This document shows, piece by piece, positions 38,900 through 49,551 of a stretch of 64,000 nucleotides of DNA. The stretch is from an uncultured Verrucomicrobiae bacterium (GTDB taxonomy: Bacteria > Verrucomicrobiota > Verrucomicrobiia > Chthoniobacterales > JAFAMB01). The stretch spans positions 480,001 to 544,000 of the forward strand of contig CAWIPH010000002.1 in assembly GCA_963837955.1 (NCBI GenBank), written 5' to 3'. The stretch's first letter is position 1, and the number at the start of each line of letters is the position of its first letter. The notes under the pieces are model-generated. The model did no database searches, was not told the origin of the DNA, and worked only from the letters and a program-made list of their open reading frames with translations. The position numbers were made by a program, and so were the translations under genes.

Positions 38900-39858
38900 A
38901 TGTCTACCAAGCAGGAGCACTTCAAAATCGCCATCCTGGACGACTACCAGCACGTCGCTCTTTCGCTCGCGGACTGGTCGGTGCTGGATGCGCGGGCAAC
39001 CGTCACCGTATTTAAAGACCATCTCGCTGACTCCGACGCTGTAGTCGAGCGCCTGCAGCCGTTCGACGTCGTCTGCGTGATGCGCGAGCGCACGCCGATG
39101 ACGCGTTCCATCATCGAGCGCTTGCCCAAGCTCCGCCTGATCGCCTCGACGGCGCCCCGGAATGCCTCGATCGATCTCAAGGCTGCAGAAGAGCGCGGCG
39201 TGCAGGTCGTTCATACGGGCTACACCTCGGCACCGACGATCGAACTGACGTGGGCACTTATCCTGGGCAGTGGCCGCAATCTCGTCGCCGAGAACGCATC
39301 GCTGCGCAGCGGCGGTTGGCAGCGGTTCATCGGGGACGACATGGCCGCGCGAACGTTGGGCGTTCTCGGTCTCGGCAATGTCGGCGGCGCCGTCGCGCAA
39401 ATCGGCAAGGCATTCGGGATGAATGTGATTGCCTGGAGTCAGAATCTGACGGCCGAGCGCGCAGCGGAGGTGAGCGCCGAGTTGGTCTCCAAGGAGGAAT
39501 TGTTCAGGCGGGCGGATGTCGTCTCCGTCCATGTCGTCCTCAGCGGTCGGACGCGCGGTCTCGTCGGCGCCCCTGAACTCGCGATCATGAAACCCACAGC
39601 CCGCCTGGTGAACACGTCTCGCGACCGATCGTGGTCGAGGCGGATCTAATTGCCGCGCTCAAAGCCCAGAAGATCGCCGGTGCTGCCATCGATGTCTTTG
39701 ACCAGGAGCCGTTGCCGCTCGACCATCCGTTCCGCACGTTGGCGAACCTGCTGGCCACGCCACACATTGGCTACGTCTCGCGCGGCCTTTACACCCGCTT
39801 CTATCAGGACACGGTCGAGAACGTCCGCCGTTGGCTGGACGGCCAGGCAACGGGCTGA
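38900..39858 (+). pseudogene. D-2-hydroxyacid dehydrogenase family protein, frameshifted
   Basis: IAILDDYQ, MRERTP, GLGNVGG; at about 39623 NTSR-(G)-PIV lacks one G; the C-terminus (IDVFDQEPLP, TPHIGYV) continues in another frame. Confidence 0.8.
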
Positions 39859-40041
39859 CGTGGCCTGCAGGCAGCCCCAGGAAGGAGAACATCAGGATCA
39901 AATGACAATAGTAATCGACATTGTGACAAATGGCAGGTCAGGTGCCCCCCGCCTCGCCCTCTACCCCAATCGGATCAATCCGGGATCGCCGTGGGGCGGC
40001 GCCCTTGCCGCGAAAAGCGCAACTTGAAAGGAGTCTCATCC

Positions 40042-41040
40042 ATGAAAGCCATCCAGTATCGCGCCTACGGCGGTTATGCGGAGAACAGGTTCGTTGATCT
40101 TCCGGCACCGGCTGCGAACGACGGTCAAGTACTCGTGCGGATGCACACGGTCGGGATCAATCCGCTGGATAACACCTTTCGCTCCGGCCACCATTATGCT
40201 GCCACGCCTGAGAATTTGCCGCGGGTTGGCGGTCAGATGGGGGCGGGTATAGTGGTGGAGACAAAGAGCCCCAGCTTCAAAGTCGGTGACCGCGTGTTCG
40301 TCACCGGGCCTGGCTTCGGCATTATTGCCGACGGCATTTGGCGAGAACTGGTCGCTGCACCCGCCGCGGGCCTGATGCCAATCCCCCCGCATATCGACGA
40401 TGATCACGCTGCTGCCTTCCTCGCCGGTGCGGGCTATCTGACGGGGTATCTCGTGCTGACGGAGTTTGTTGCCTTCAAACCCGGGCAAAGCGTGCTTGCT
40501 CCCGGTATAGGTGGCGCGGTGGGTATGGAGAGTGTGCAGATTGCGCGCAAGCTCGGTGCATCGCTCGCAATTTCCACCGCCAGCACTAGCGCGAAAGCGG
40601 AGAAGGCGCATGCTGGCGGCTACGAGCACGTCATCGACCTCTCGCGCGAGAGCCTGCGAGATGGCGTGATGCGGCTGACCGGGGGCAGGGGTGTGGACGT
40701 CATCATCAATGGCGTGGGCGGAAAGCTCACGGGCGAGGCGCTTGGTTGCCTGCTTCCGGGGGGGACGTATGCGGTGGTTGGCTACTCTGGCGGTCGCGAG
40801 GCGAGCGTCAACCTCACCGACATCATCTGGAAGGCGGCCAAGGTACGTGGCTTCACTTTTAGGGCCTTTGCGCCGGAGACGCTGGCCGCAGCGCAGAAGA
40901 CAGTCATCGGCTATCTGTCCGAAGCTGCGATCCAGCCAACCATCGCCAAAGTGTTTCCGCTCTCCGATGCGGCGGATGCGGTTCGCCACCTGATCGAGGA
41001 CCGGCCGTTTGGCCGCGTGCTGATGCGGGTGGGGGACTGA
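40042..41040 (+). CDS. MDR family NADPH:quinone oxidoreductase-like protein
   Basis: MKAIQY, GINPLD, GIGGAVG, GRGVDVI, FPLSDAADA; no catalytic zinc Cys. Confidence 0.88.
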   Translation: MKAIQYRAYGGYAENRFVDLPAPAANDGQVLVRMHTVGINPLDNTFRSGHHYAATPENLPRVGGQMGAGIVVETKSPSFKVGDRVFVTGPGFGIIADGIWRELVAAPAAGLMPIPPHIDDDHAAAFLAGAGYLTGYLVLTEFVAFKPGQSVLAPGIGGAVGMESVQIARKLGASLAISTASTSAKAEKAHAGGYEHVIDLSRESLRDGVMRLTGGRGVDVIINGVGGKLTGEALGCLLPGGTYAVVGYSGGREASVNLTDIIWKAAKVRGFTFRAFAPETLAAAQKTVIGYLSEAAIQPTIAKVFPLSDAADAVRHLIEDRPFGRVLMRVGD

Positions 41041-41367
41041 GGCCAGGATGCAAGACGCATCCGCGGGCGTCGTGCATTCGTAGCGAAGCTGAACTAGGAA
41101 AAACAGGAGCGGTCGCCAATGGGGGTCACTCCTCCGTTTGTAAAAAATTGTACGCTAACTGGTTCCTGACGTTCAGCCGCGCTACTTCCGGTTAGCCGAC
41201 AAACTGGAAGTCAAGTGATGAGAAGTGCGTTTCTGGTTACTAATTCCGTTGAATTCAAATCAACTGAGTTGATATCAGCGTGTCGGAAATGCGTCGCCGA
41301 ACGAGGCTGGCTTGTCCGCCCTAGATTGTGGGTTTGGGGGACGAAGGAGGAAGCATCAGGCTACGGC

Positions 41368-43326
41368 CTATTCTTCTGCGTTTTCCGAGTTCCCTAATTT
41401 GGCCAGGACCCCGAAATCTTCCAGCGTCGTCGTGTCGCCTGTGACTTGACCGCCCGCGGCTAACTCTTTGAGGAGCCGCCGCATAATTTTGCCGCTTCGC
41501 GTCTTCGGCAATGCCTCGGCAAAACGGATATCGTCCGGCTTAGCGATTGCGCCGATGACGGTACCGACATGCTGCCGAAGCTTGTCCCGCAACTCTGGCG
41601 ATGCCGATTCTCCCTGTTTGAGTGTGACGAAACAGACTACTGCTTGTCCCTTGATCTCGTCGGGCCGACCTACCGCAGCCGCCTCCGCGACAGAGGAGTG
41701 ACTTACCAATGCGCTTTCGATCTCCGAGGTACCGAGCCGATGGCCAGCGACATTCAAAACGTCGTCGATCCGGCCGACGATCCAAAAATATCCGTCCTTA
41801 TCGCGGCGGGCTCCATCCCCGGTCAAATACATCCCTTTATATTCGCTCCAATAGGTCTTCACGTAGCGCTCTTTGTCACCCCAAATGGTTCTCAACATCG
41901 AGGGCCACGGCTTACGGATGATTAGTTTTCCACCTCGATCGGTTTCGACTTCCTTACCATTTTCGTCGACAACGGCCGCATCAATTCCGAAAAACGGGAG
42001 CGTTGCCGTACCCGGTTTGCACGGTATTGCACCGGGTAAAGGGGTAATCATGATTGCGCCAGTCTCCGTTTGCCACCACGTATCCACGATCGGGCAACGA
42101 CCGCCGCCAATTACCGTGTGATACCACATCCACGCTTCCGGATTGATCGGCTCGCCGACGGTCCCGAGCAGCCGCAGTGAAGAAAGGTCGTGGCGGTTCG
42201 GATATTCGTCTCCGGCCCGGATAAACGCACGAATAGCCGTCGGTGCAGTGTAGAAGACATTGACCCCGTGGTCCGCGATTAGTTTCCAAAAACGATCCGG
42301 TTCCGGCCAATTTGGAGCGCCTTCATACATTAAAACTGTCGCTCCGTTGCTCAGTGGACCGTACACCACGTAGCTGTGGCCGGTAATCCAACCAACGTCG
42401 GCCGTGCACCAGAAAACGTCTTCTTCGCGCAAATCAAAAACATATTTCGTAGTGATCGTAGTACCGAGAAGATACCCGGCGGTGGTGTGGAGGATTCCTT
42501 TTGGCTTACCGGTCGAGCCGCTGGTGTACAGAATAAAAAGCGGGTGCTCAGAATCGACATATTCAGGCTCGCAATGCGGTTCGACGTTCTCCATTTCTTG
42601 GTGCCACCAAAAATCTCGTCCCTCCTTCATGGAGATTTCGTTGTTGGCCCGCCGAAATACGATAACCCTTTCGATCTGTTCGTTATCGGTTAACGCTTCA
42701 TCGACGTTCTTTTTGAGGGAGACGATACCGCCGCGCCGAAAACCACCATCGGCCGTGATGACCATTTTGGCCTGGCTATCGTTGATGCGATCCCTGATAG
42801 CTGCAGAACTGAAGCCCCCGAAAACGACCGAATGGATTGCTCCAATCCGAGCGCAAGCGAGCATCGCGATTGCCACCTCCGGGCATAGCGGCATGTAAAT
42901 AAGAATCCGATCGCCCTTCTTTATCTGGCTTCTCCGCAGAACGTTCGCGAATTTACAAACTTCCCGGTGAAGCTGGTTGTAGGTCAGGGTCCGTTTCTCT
43001 CCCGGTTCTCCTTCCCAGATGATGGCCGCCTTATTGCGCCGCGGTCCTTCCAGATGCCGATCCAGGCAGTTTTCCGAAACGTTGAGCTTACCTCCGACGA
43101 ACCACTGGGCGAACGGAGCATTCCACTTCAGAACATCGTCCCACTTTTTGTGCCAGACCAGTAGCTCCTCGGCTTGCTGGCCCCAAAACTTTTCCGGGTT
43201 CTTGATCGATTTTCGGTAAAGCTCTTCGTATTCGTCAAAATCGGAGATCAAGGCACGCTTCGCAAAAGATTTGGAAGGTTTGAAAACCCGATTCTCGACG
43301 AGATGAGATTCGATGTGGTTGCTCAT
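41368..43326 (-). CDS. acs: Acetyl-CoA synthetase
   Basis: [42 protein letters not shown]. Confidence 0.97.
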   Translation of the reverse strand: MSNHIESHLVENRVFKPSKSFAKRALISDFDEYEELYRKSIKNPEKFWGQQAEELLVWHKKWDDVLKWNAPFAQWFVGGKLNVSENCLDRHLEGPRRNKAAIIWEGEPGEKRTLTYNQLHREVCKFANVLRRSQIKKGDRILIYMPLCPEVAIAMLACARIGAIHSVVFGGFSSAAIRDRINDSQAKMVITADGGFRRGGIVSLKKNVDEALTDNEQIERVIVFRRANNEISMKEGRDFWWHQEMENVEPHCEPEYVDSEHPLFILYTSGSTGKPKGILHTTAGYLLGTTITTKYVFDLREEDVFWCTADVGWITGHSYVVYGPLSNGATVLMYEGAPNWPEPDRFWKLIADHGVNVFYTAPTAIRAFIRAGDEYPNRHDLSSLRLLGTVGEPINPEAWMWYHTVIGGGRCPIVDTWWQTETGAIMITPLPGAIPCKPGTATLPFFGIDAAVVDENGKEVETDRGGKLIIRKPWPSMLRTIWGDKERYVKTYWSEYKGMYLTGDGARRDKDGYFWIVGRIDDVLNVAGHRLGTSEIESALVSHSSVAEAAAVGRPDEIKGQAVVCFVTLKQGESASPELRDKLRQHVGTVIGAIAKPDDIRFAEALPKTRSGKIMRRLLKELAAGGQVTGDTTTLEDFGVLAKLGNSENAEE

Positions 43327-43588
43327 GGGAGGATTCAATGTTTGCTCTATAACATTCGATTATCAGAAACTTACTTTGCGTACCTAATAAACCGAGAGCT
43401 CGCCAAGTGCCAGCCTGCCGTCTCCCGTATAAGAACGATGTTACATAGTGCCTGATCCCTGAGCCAAAGATCGGAGCTGCTTCCCACTTCGCCAATTTGT
43501 CGGTCATAGTCGAGTTGGCGGGGGACAGCGTTGGACTTGGGCAGCTTCCCGGAATACGCCAGATTGGCGGCGCACGAGGACGGTAGCG

Positions 43589-43981
43589 CTAGACCTGGAT
43601 GACCGGAAGCGGATAACGAAGCCGAAGTTCCTGGTCTAACATGATCTCTACGTGGTGCAGCCCATATTGTTGGAATCGCACTCCCGTGAATAAATTGACA
43701 TTCGTTACGTGTCCCTCCAGCTCCTTTAGTTCAAAATCGATCTGCGACTCGGCCAACACCTGCTGCTCATCAGCCCCCAGGATTCGCGCCACCTGCCGGA
43801 AATGTCCGATCCCGCCGCACCATCGCGTCCAGACGCAAATCTTGAGCAAAGCGACCGGCAAGACACGCGCTGGGATCAGGTTGACGATTCCAACCAGCGT
43901 TTGCATGCCGTTCACCTCTTGTCGAACATCTTCGCAGACAACGGACGCTTGCAAATCGGGCAAGACGCTCTCGGGTTCCAT
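43589..43981 (-). CDS. Conserved-looking hypothetical beta-rich protein
   Basis: VVCEDVRQEVNG..LVG, C-terminal F.QYG.H.VEI pattern; 130 aa. Confidence 0.7.
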   Translation of the reverse strand: MEPESVLPDLQASVVCEDVRQEVNGMQTLVGIVNLIPARVLPVALLKICVWTRWCGGIGHFRQVARILGADEQQVLAESQIDFELKELEGHVTNVNLFTGVRFQQYGLHHVEIMLDQELRLRYPLPVIQV

Positions 43982-44202
43982 AAATGAGCAATTTCACTCC
44001 GCCCAGGCGAAACCAGAAAGCCATCCGCCATCTTGGTCTGTAACCAATCGTTCAGCGATTCGCTGCCAAGCGGTCCAGTTTAACATCGGTGCACCAATTC
44101 CATGGTTTGGTGCGTTAGTGCCTCCCATTTACGAGACGATGCACTAGGACCCCGATTTTTACCAAGATTCCTTTCAATGCGAGATCGGCAAGGTTGAAAC
44201 CG

Positions 44203-44598
<396 letters not shown>

Positions 44599-44642
44599 TT
44601 AGCCCTCATCAAGGGCTGAGAATGCTGCCTGCTGGCAATAGC

Positions 44643-45233
44643 CTAGATTTGGGATCCCATGCTTAAACGCTGAATCACGGCTGGAAGAAGCTCGTGCTCC
44701 GCCGATTGAATGCGGGCATGCAGCGACTCGGCCGTATCGCCGGGCAAAACAGGAACAGTTCGCCGATCTATGATCTCGCCAGTATCTACGCCAGCTTCGA
44801 CGTAGTGCACCGTACAACCTGTTACCGCTACACCGGCCGCCAGAGCCTGTTTCCAAGCTTCCAGACCAGGGAAATCTGGTAGTAACGACGGATGAATGTT
44901 GATTATCGCCCGCGGAAACGCGTTTAGCAGAGGCTGTTTCACGACTCGCATGAAGCCGGCCAGCACCACCACTTCAACGTTTGCTTCCTGTAATAGGCGG
45001 ACAATATCCTGCTCTACTTCTTCGGCTAGCTTTGTCCGGTATTTCCCGGGATGCACGTAGAGTGCTGGAATCTGAAAATCGCGGGCATACGAAAGAATCC
45101 CGGCGTCCGGAACGTCCGAGATAACGATCCGTACCTCGGCATCCAACCGGCCGTCGTTTATTTGCTCGACGATGGCTCGAAAATTGGAGCCTTTACCAGA
45201 TCCGAGCACTCCCAGCCGAAGTCGCTTTTTCAT
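44643..45233 (-). CDS. purN: Phosphoribosylglycinamide formyltransferase
   Basis: SGKGSNF, LAGFMR, INIHPSLLPDFPG, GCTVHYV, DTGEII. Confidence 0.96.
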   Translation of the reverse strand: MKKRLRLGVLGSGKGSNFRAIVEQINDGRLDAEVRIVISDVPDAGILSYARDFQIPALYVHPGKYRTKLAEEVEQDIVRLLQEANVEVVVLAGFMRVVKQPLLNAFPRAIINIHPSLLPDFPGLEAWKQALAAGVAVTGCTVHYVEAGVDTGEIIDRRTVPVLPGDTAESLHARIQSAEHELLPAVIQRLSMGSQI

Positions 45234-45700
45234 TTTTCTTGGATAGCCCGCAGCACCGCCGTCGTCGACTTGCCCGGCACCAAAGGAAGGAGTTTTATTT
45301 CCGTGCCGACTTCCCGCAACGCACCGAGTTCTTCCGGATTCAAGGAATCGATCGTGTAGTCTCCTCCCTTTGTATAGATATGCGGTCGCAGCTCTTTGAT
45401 CAATCGAGTGGCTCTAGGGTCGCTAAAAATTATTACATGATCAACCGCGGCTAATGCCGCCAGAACCTCTGCCCGATCGATCTCGCTGTTAACCGGCCTA
45501 TTGGATCCCTTAATCGCCCGAACCGACTGATCGCTGTTGAGTCCCACCACCAGCACTCCCCCCAATTTCTTGGCCGCCTGCAGATAGCGGATATGACCAA
45601 CATGAAGAATATCAAAGCAACCGTTGGTGAAGATTATGGAATCCGGCGCGTAGTTTTCACGCAGGGTCGTTGCCGCGGATTCTGGCAATATTTTACGCAT
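45230..45700 (-). CDS. Adenylyltransferase/cytidylyltransferase (RfaE domain II-like)
   Basis: FTNGCFDILHVGH, GLNSDQSV, KGGDY, GKSTT. Confidence 0.9.
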   Translation of the reverse strand: MRKILPESAATTLRENYAPDSIIFTNGCFDILHVGHIRYLQAAKKLGGVLVVGLNSDQSVRAIKGSNRPVNSEIDRAEVLAALAAVDHVIIFSDPRATRLIKELRPHIYTKGGDYTIDSLNPEELGALREVGTEIKLLPLVPGKSTTAVLRAIQEK

Positions 45701-45755
45701 GCCGTTTGAAATTTGCAGTAGCAGCTTACCAAAGTAAGTCTATACCAATTATATC

Positions 45756-46868
45756 ATGCTAGATCCCCGTTACGAACGCCTGGCAGAGGTGTTGATTGAT
45801 TTTTCCACCCGGCTCCAAAAAGGAGAGAAGGTGCTTATCGACTCCTTTGATACCCCCCCAGAGATGGTTGCTTCTCTGATTCGAAGAGCGCGCGCTAGAG
45901 AGGCAGTCCCTCTGATCAATTTGCAGAGCAACTTTATCAACCGTGAATTACTGCGTGGGGCTGAAGAGGAGCAATATCGGCTCATCGCCGAGTATGAGAT
46001 GGTGAGAATGCAGGCGGTGGATGCTTACATTGCTCTCCGCGGGAGCAACAACATCACCGAGCATTCCGATGTTCCTCCGGACCGAATGCAGCTCGCCTTG
46101 AAATTGCTCAAACCGGTCTTGGAACAGCGAGTGAACAAGACAAAGTGGGTGGTACTGCGCTGGCCGACCCCTGCCATGGCGCAAATGGCCGGCATGAGCA
46201 CCGAAGCCTTCGAAGATTTTTTCTTCCGAGTCTGTACGCTCGACTACTCCAAGATGGAGAGCGCCATGAAACCGCTAAAAGACTTGATGGACCATACTGA
46301 CCGTGTTCGTATCACCGGTCCGGGCACCGATCTGCGGTTTACCATTCACGGGATTCCGACCATAGCCTGCAGTGGCGAACACAACATCCCGGACGGCGAG
46401 ATTTTCACCTGTCCGGTGAGGGATTCGGTCGAAGGTCACGTTCAGTTTAACGCTCCGACCATTTATCAAGGTTCAGCTTTTGATTCGGTGCGGTTAAGGT
46501 TTAGGAATGGGAAAGTCGTTGAAGCTTCTGGCAACAACTCTAAACGAATAAACGAGATCCTCGATTCGGATGAGGGAGCGCGCTACGTAGGGGAATTTGC
46601 TCTCGGGTTCAACCCCTACATTCTGGAGCCAATGCGCGATATCCTTTTCGACGAAAAGATCGCCGGCTCATTTCATTTCACGCCGGGCCAAGCGTACGAG
46701 AACGCCGACAACGGCAACCGAAGCCAAGTCCATTGGGACTTAGTTGCGATTCAGCGTCCCGAATACGGTGGCGGCGAAATCTATTTTGATGATCAGCTCA
46801 TCCGTAAGGATGGCATGTTTGTGCAGAAAGAGCTGAAAGGGCTCAATCCCGAGCACTTGGTAAGTTAA
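45756..46868 (+). CDS. Aminopeptidase (M29, AmpS/PepS-like)
   Basis: [34 protein letters not shown]. Confidence 0.92.
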   Translation: MLDPRYERLAEVLIDFSTRLQKGEKVLIDSFDTPPEMVASLIRRARAREAVPLINLQSNFINRELLRGAEEEQYRLIAEYEMVRMQAVDAYIALRGSNNITEHSDVPPDRMQLALKLLKPVLEQRVNKTKWVVLRWPTPAMAQMAGMSTEAFEDFFFRVCTLDYSKMESAMKPLKDLMDHTDRVRITGPGTDLRFTIHGIPTIACSGEHNIPDGEIFTCPVRDSVEGHVQFNAPTIYQGSAFDSVRLRFRNGKVVEASGNNSKRINEILDSDEGARYVGEFALGFNPYILEPMRDILFDEKIAGSFHFTPGQAYENADNGNRSQVHWDLVAIQRPEYGGGEIYFDDQLIRKDGMFVQKELKGLNPEHLVS

Positions 46869-46940
46869 GGATTTTCGCCCACGACGGGGAGCATTCTTGG
46901 TGGTCTTCTGAAACTAGCCACAAAGAACGCAGGGAAAGTA

Positions 46941-47322
46941 CCTCTTTGCTTCCTTTGCTACCTTCTGTTCAAAAGTCTTTGCTGACTTCTGTTTCGGTCT
47001 TTCTTCCAGGTTTCGCGCTTTGTTGCCGAACGATTTCTTGCGCTCCTACGGAGCCATCCCGGTTTTGGGATCAGGGTTACGCAAAGCCCTGTGAATAGTG
47101 AACGGGTGAACGGTCTGGGGTGAAAGTTGAACCCGCGAGAAGAAAGAATGAAACCGTGGAAGAAAGAAGGAACAGAAGTCAGCCAAGAAGATTTTTTGAA
47201 CAGAAGGTAGCAAAGGCCTTCGACCTGAGCTCAGCCAAACGGTGGAATTTAGCAACCGCGAATGGACGCCGAATAGCTTCCCTCATTGGCTATCTGCTAT
47301 TTGCTATTTGTCATTCGCTTCG
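46941..47322. repeat. Composite dispersed repeat, copy B (an inverted half followed by a direct half)
   Basis: 46941-47092 is the reverse complement of about 27157-27315; 47140-47240 is a direct copy of about 27230-27340; ends in TGCTATT heptamers plus ATTCGCTTCGACCG. Confidence 0.85.
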
Positions 47323-47762
47323 ACCGACCCCGGAAGCAGCTTTTGGAATGCAGAGTTTTTGGAAAGCGCGGGATTCAGCCGCAACAGCTCTGCCCGGAGC
47401 TGCTTACCTAAGCGTTCGATCGCGTGGACAAAGCGCGAATGATCTACCTCACCTTGCCCGGGTGAATAACTGGACGTGACGATCACATGGTCGTTGTGCC
47501 TGGAAAATCGTAGCCACGACTCCGATTCGGTGAATTCAAATGTCTCGGTCCGGCCAGGCTGCTGGAGTTCCTTGGCGATCTGTCGCAAAGCTGCGGCGAG
47601 GTCGATCAAAGGAACCCACCCCCAGTTCGTACTGAAATTCGTGGACCCGATTTCCAAGATCAGATCGCCGAGAGCGACGCGGTAACGGAAATCTTCTTCG
47701 TCGGCGCGCGACCAGTCGTCGACGTCTCTGACAGGTTCTGCCAAACGAAAATCGAGTTTCAT
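47304..47762 (-). CDS. Hypothetical protein, candidate immunity protein
   Basis: 152 aa with acidic N-terminal and central stretches; starts 4 bp after the toxin-like ORF on the same strand. Confidence 0.6.
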   Translation of the reverse strand: MKLDFRLAEPVRDVDDWSRADEEDFRYRVALGDLILEIGSTNFSTNWGWVPLIDLAAALRQIAKELQQPGRTETFEFTESESWLRFSRHNDHVIVTSSYSPGQGEVDHSRFVHAIERLGKQLRAELLRLNPALSKNSAFQKLLPGSVEANDK

Positions 47763-47766
47763 AAGA

Positions 47767-48180
47767 CTAAAATGGAAAAGCGGTCACTACTTGGTTTCGT
47801 TTGCTCACAACTACCCGAAGTCGGGTTGCCGGTTGACCGTTAATGTTCGTGCCTATCTGACGCCGAAAATCGTATTCGTAAATCACGCCCGGACGCCCGT
47901 TCGTATTGACGCGACTATGGCCATTCTGGACCGCCTCATTGATCAGAGCGCGGAGGCTCTCTTCGGTGATACCATTCAAGAATTTGCCGGCACCGGCTGC
48001 CGGGCTGTCGGGCCAATGCCGTTCCATGATATGCCGGAACGCCTTTTTAGTCAGTATGACTTGGTTGGAATATTGGTCAGCCTCTTGGTAGGCCCACGTT
48101 GTTGGCTCACCTGCGAGACAAGCCCCGAGGTCGAGGGCGAGGACCAGCACGACGACGAGACCGAGTTCGAGTGAAGCCAT
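47767..48180 (-). CDS. Small toxin-like nuclease domain protein with a hydrophobic N-terminus
   Basis: RHIMERH...GKF...IGT...LRVVV...VVTAFP, a pattern typical of polymorphic-toxin RNase tips (EndoU/BECR-like). Confidence 0.6.
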   Translation of the reverse strand: MASLELGLVVVLVLALDLGACLAGEPTTWAYQEADQYSNQVILTKKAFRHIMERHWPDSPAAGAGKFLNGITEESLRALINEAVQNGHSRVNTNGRPGVIYEYDFRRQIGTNINGQPATRLRVVVSKRNQVVTAFPF

Positions 48181-48189
48181 GTGCCGATT

Positions 48190-48879
48190 TCAATTGTCCG
48201 CAGCCTGAGCGATCCGCATATTGGTTATTGTTTTGGCGGGATCTGGCGAGTGGAAAATCGAAGTGCCAGCGACGAATACGTTCGCTCCCGCTCGCCTGGC
48301 GATTGGCGTCGTAGTTAAGTTAATGCCCCCATCGACCTCAATGTGAAACTTGAGGTTTCGCTCTTCTCTCAGCTGATTAGCGCGGCGAACTTTTTCCATC
48401 ATCTCTGCCATGAAAGGCTGCCCGCCAAAGCCCGGGTTGACCGTCATCACCAACAGCAGATCAATCTGATCGAGCAACGGTAGCACTCGTTCGAACGGGG
48501 TGGGGGGACTAATGGCGAGACCGGCCGTACACCCTTCTGCCCGAATCCCGCGTAGAGTTCCCGCGATGTCCACTTCCGTTTCGACGTGAAGCGTCACGTT
48601 TTGTACGAATGGTGTTAATCGTTTGTAAAAATGGTCGGGCCGCGAAATCATGAGATGAGTATCCAGCGGCCTGGTCGCGAATCTCGAGATAGTCTCAACG
48701 ATTGGGGGCCCAAACGATATGTTATCCACAAAGTGACCGTCCATCACATCGAGATGCAGCCAATCTGCTCCAGCCCTTTCGACCCGGGCGCATTCCGCTT
48801 CCAATCTGCCAAAATCACTGGCCAAAACCGAAGGGGCCACAATGATAGGGTTGTTCCTTAATCTTGCCTCCGTTGACAC
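48190..48879 (-). CDS. rpe: Ribulose-phosphate 3-epimerase
   Basis: APSVLASDF, HLDVMDGHFVDN, DTHLM, MTVNPGFGGQ, EVDGG. Confidence 0.97.
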   Translation of the reverse strand: MSTEARLRNNPIIVAPSVLASDFGRLEAECARVERAGADWLHLDVMDGHFVDNISFGPPIVETISRFATRPLDTHLMISRPDHFYKRLTPFVQNVTLHVETEVDIAGTLRGIRAEGCTAGLAISPPTPFERVLPLLDQIDLLLVMTVNPGFGGQPFMAEMMEKVRRANQLREERNLKFHIEVDGGINLTTTPIARRAGANVFVAGTSIFHSPDPAKTITNMRIAQAADN

Positions 48880-48888
48880 CCGCTAAGC

Positions 48889-49356
48889 ATGGCTGAATTG
48901 TTGGATTTTGCGAGTGACGATTACTTCATGGGAGAAGCCCTGCGTCAGGCTAGAAGGGCCGAAGCACAGGAGGAAGTGCCCATCGGCGCAGTCATCGTCT
49001 ATCAATCGGGAATTATTGCTCGGGCTTGGAATCAGGTAGAGACTTTGAAGGACGCTACGGCCCACGCGGAGATGTTGGCCATCACTCAAGCGGAAAGCGC
49101 TTTAGGCGATTGGCGTCTCACCGAATGCGATCTTTACGTGACAAAAGAACCCTGCCCGATGTGTGCTGGCGCCATCGTTCATGCCCGTCTTCGCCGCGTG
49201 ATCTTTGGTTGCCCCGATCCGAAGACCGGGGCTGCCGGCGGAATGATCAACCTCTTGCAAATGGCTCCGTTAAACCATAGCTGCTTGATCACTGCGGGTG
49301 TCCGGGAACCCGAGTGCCGCCAAATCCTGCAAAACTTCTTTCGAGAAAAGCGGTAG
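48889..49356 (+). CDS. tadA: tRNA adenosine(34) deaminase
   Basis: EVPIGAV, DATAHAEM, EPCPMCAGA, DPKTGA. Confidence 0.95.
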   Translation: MAELLDFASDDYFMGEALRQARRAEAQEEVPIGAVIVYQSGIIARAWNQVETLKDATAHAEMLAITQAESALGDWRLTECDLYVTKEPCPMCAGAIVHARLRRVIFGCPDPKTGAAGGMINLLQMAPLNHSCLITAGVREPECRQILQNFFREKR

Positions 49357-49360
49357 GTGA

Positions 49361-49551
49361 CGGGAACGCCGGGAACGCCGTCAGCGCCGGGAACGCCAAC
49401 CGGTAACAGGTGATCAGTGATCGGTGATCGGTGATCGGTGAGAACATGCCAAGTTGGGTTCCTTGGTAGAGGAGCGGAAGATGAGGCAAAGGACTGGTTG
49501 CGGGTTGGCGATCCGCTGACGGCGTTCCCGGCGTTCCCGGCGTTCCCGGCG
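49361..49551. repeat. Inverted-repeat element built from GGGAACGCC 9-mers with internal GTGATCG heptamers
   Basis: 26-bp perfect inverted repeat at 49361-49386 and 49514-49539, between convergent tadA and the TauE gene. Confidence 0.85.

Noticed and set aside
44088..44116. NtrC-like site near glnB (TGCACCA...TGGTGCG)
   Set aside because: Half-site spacing is 11 bp rather than 3, and it lies downstream of glnB
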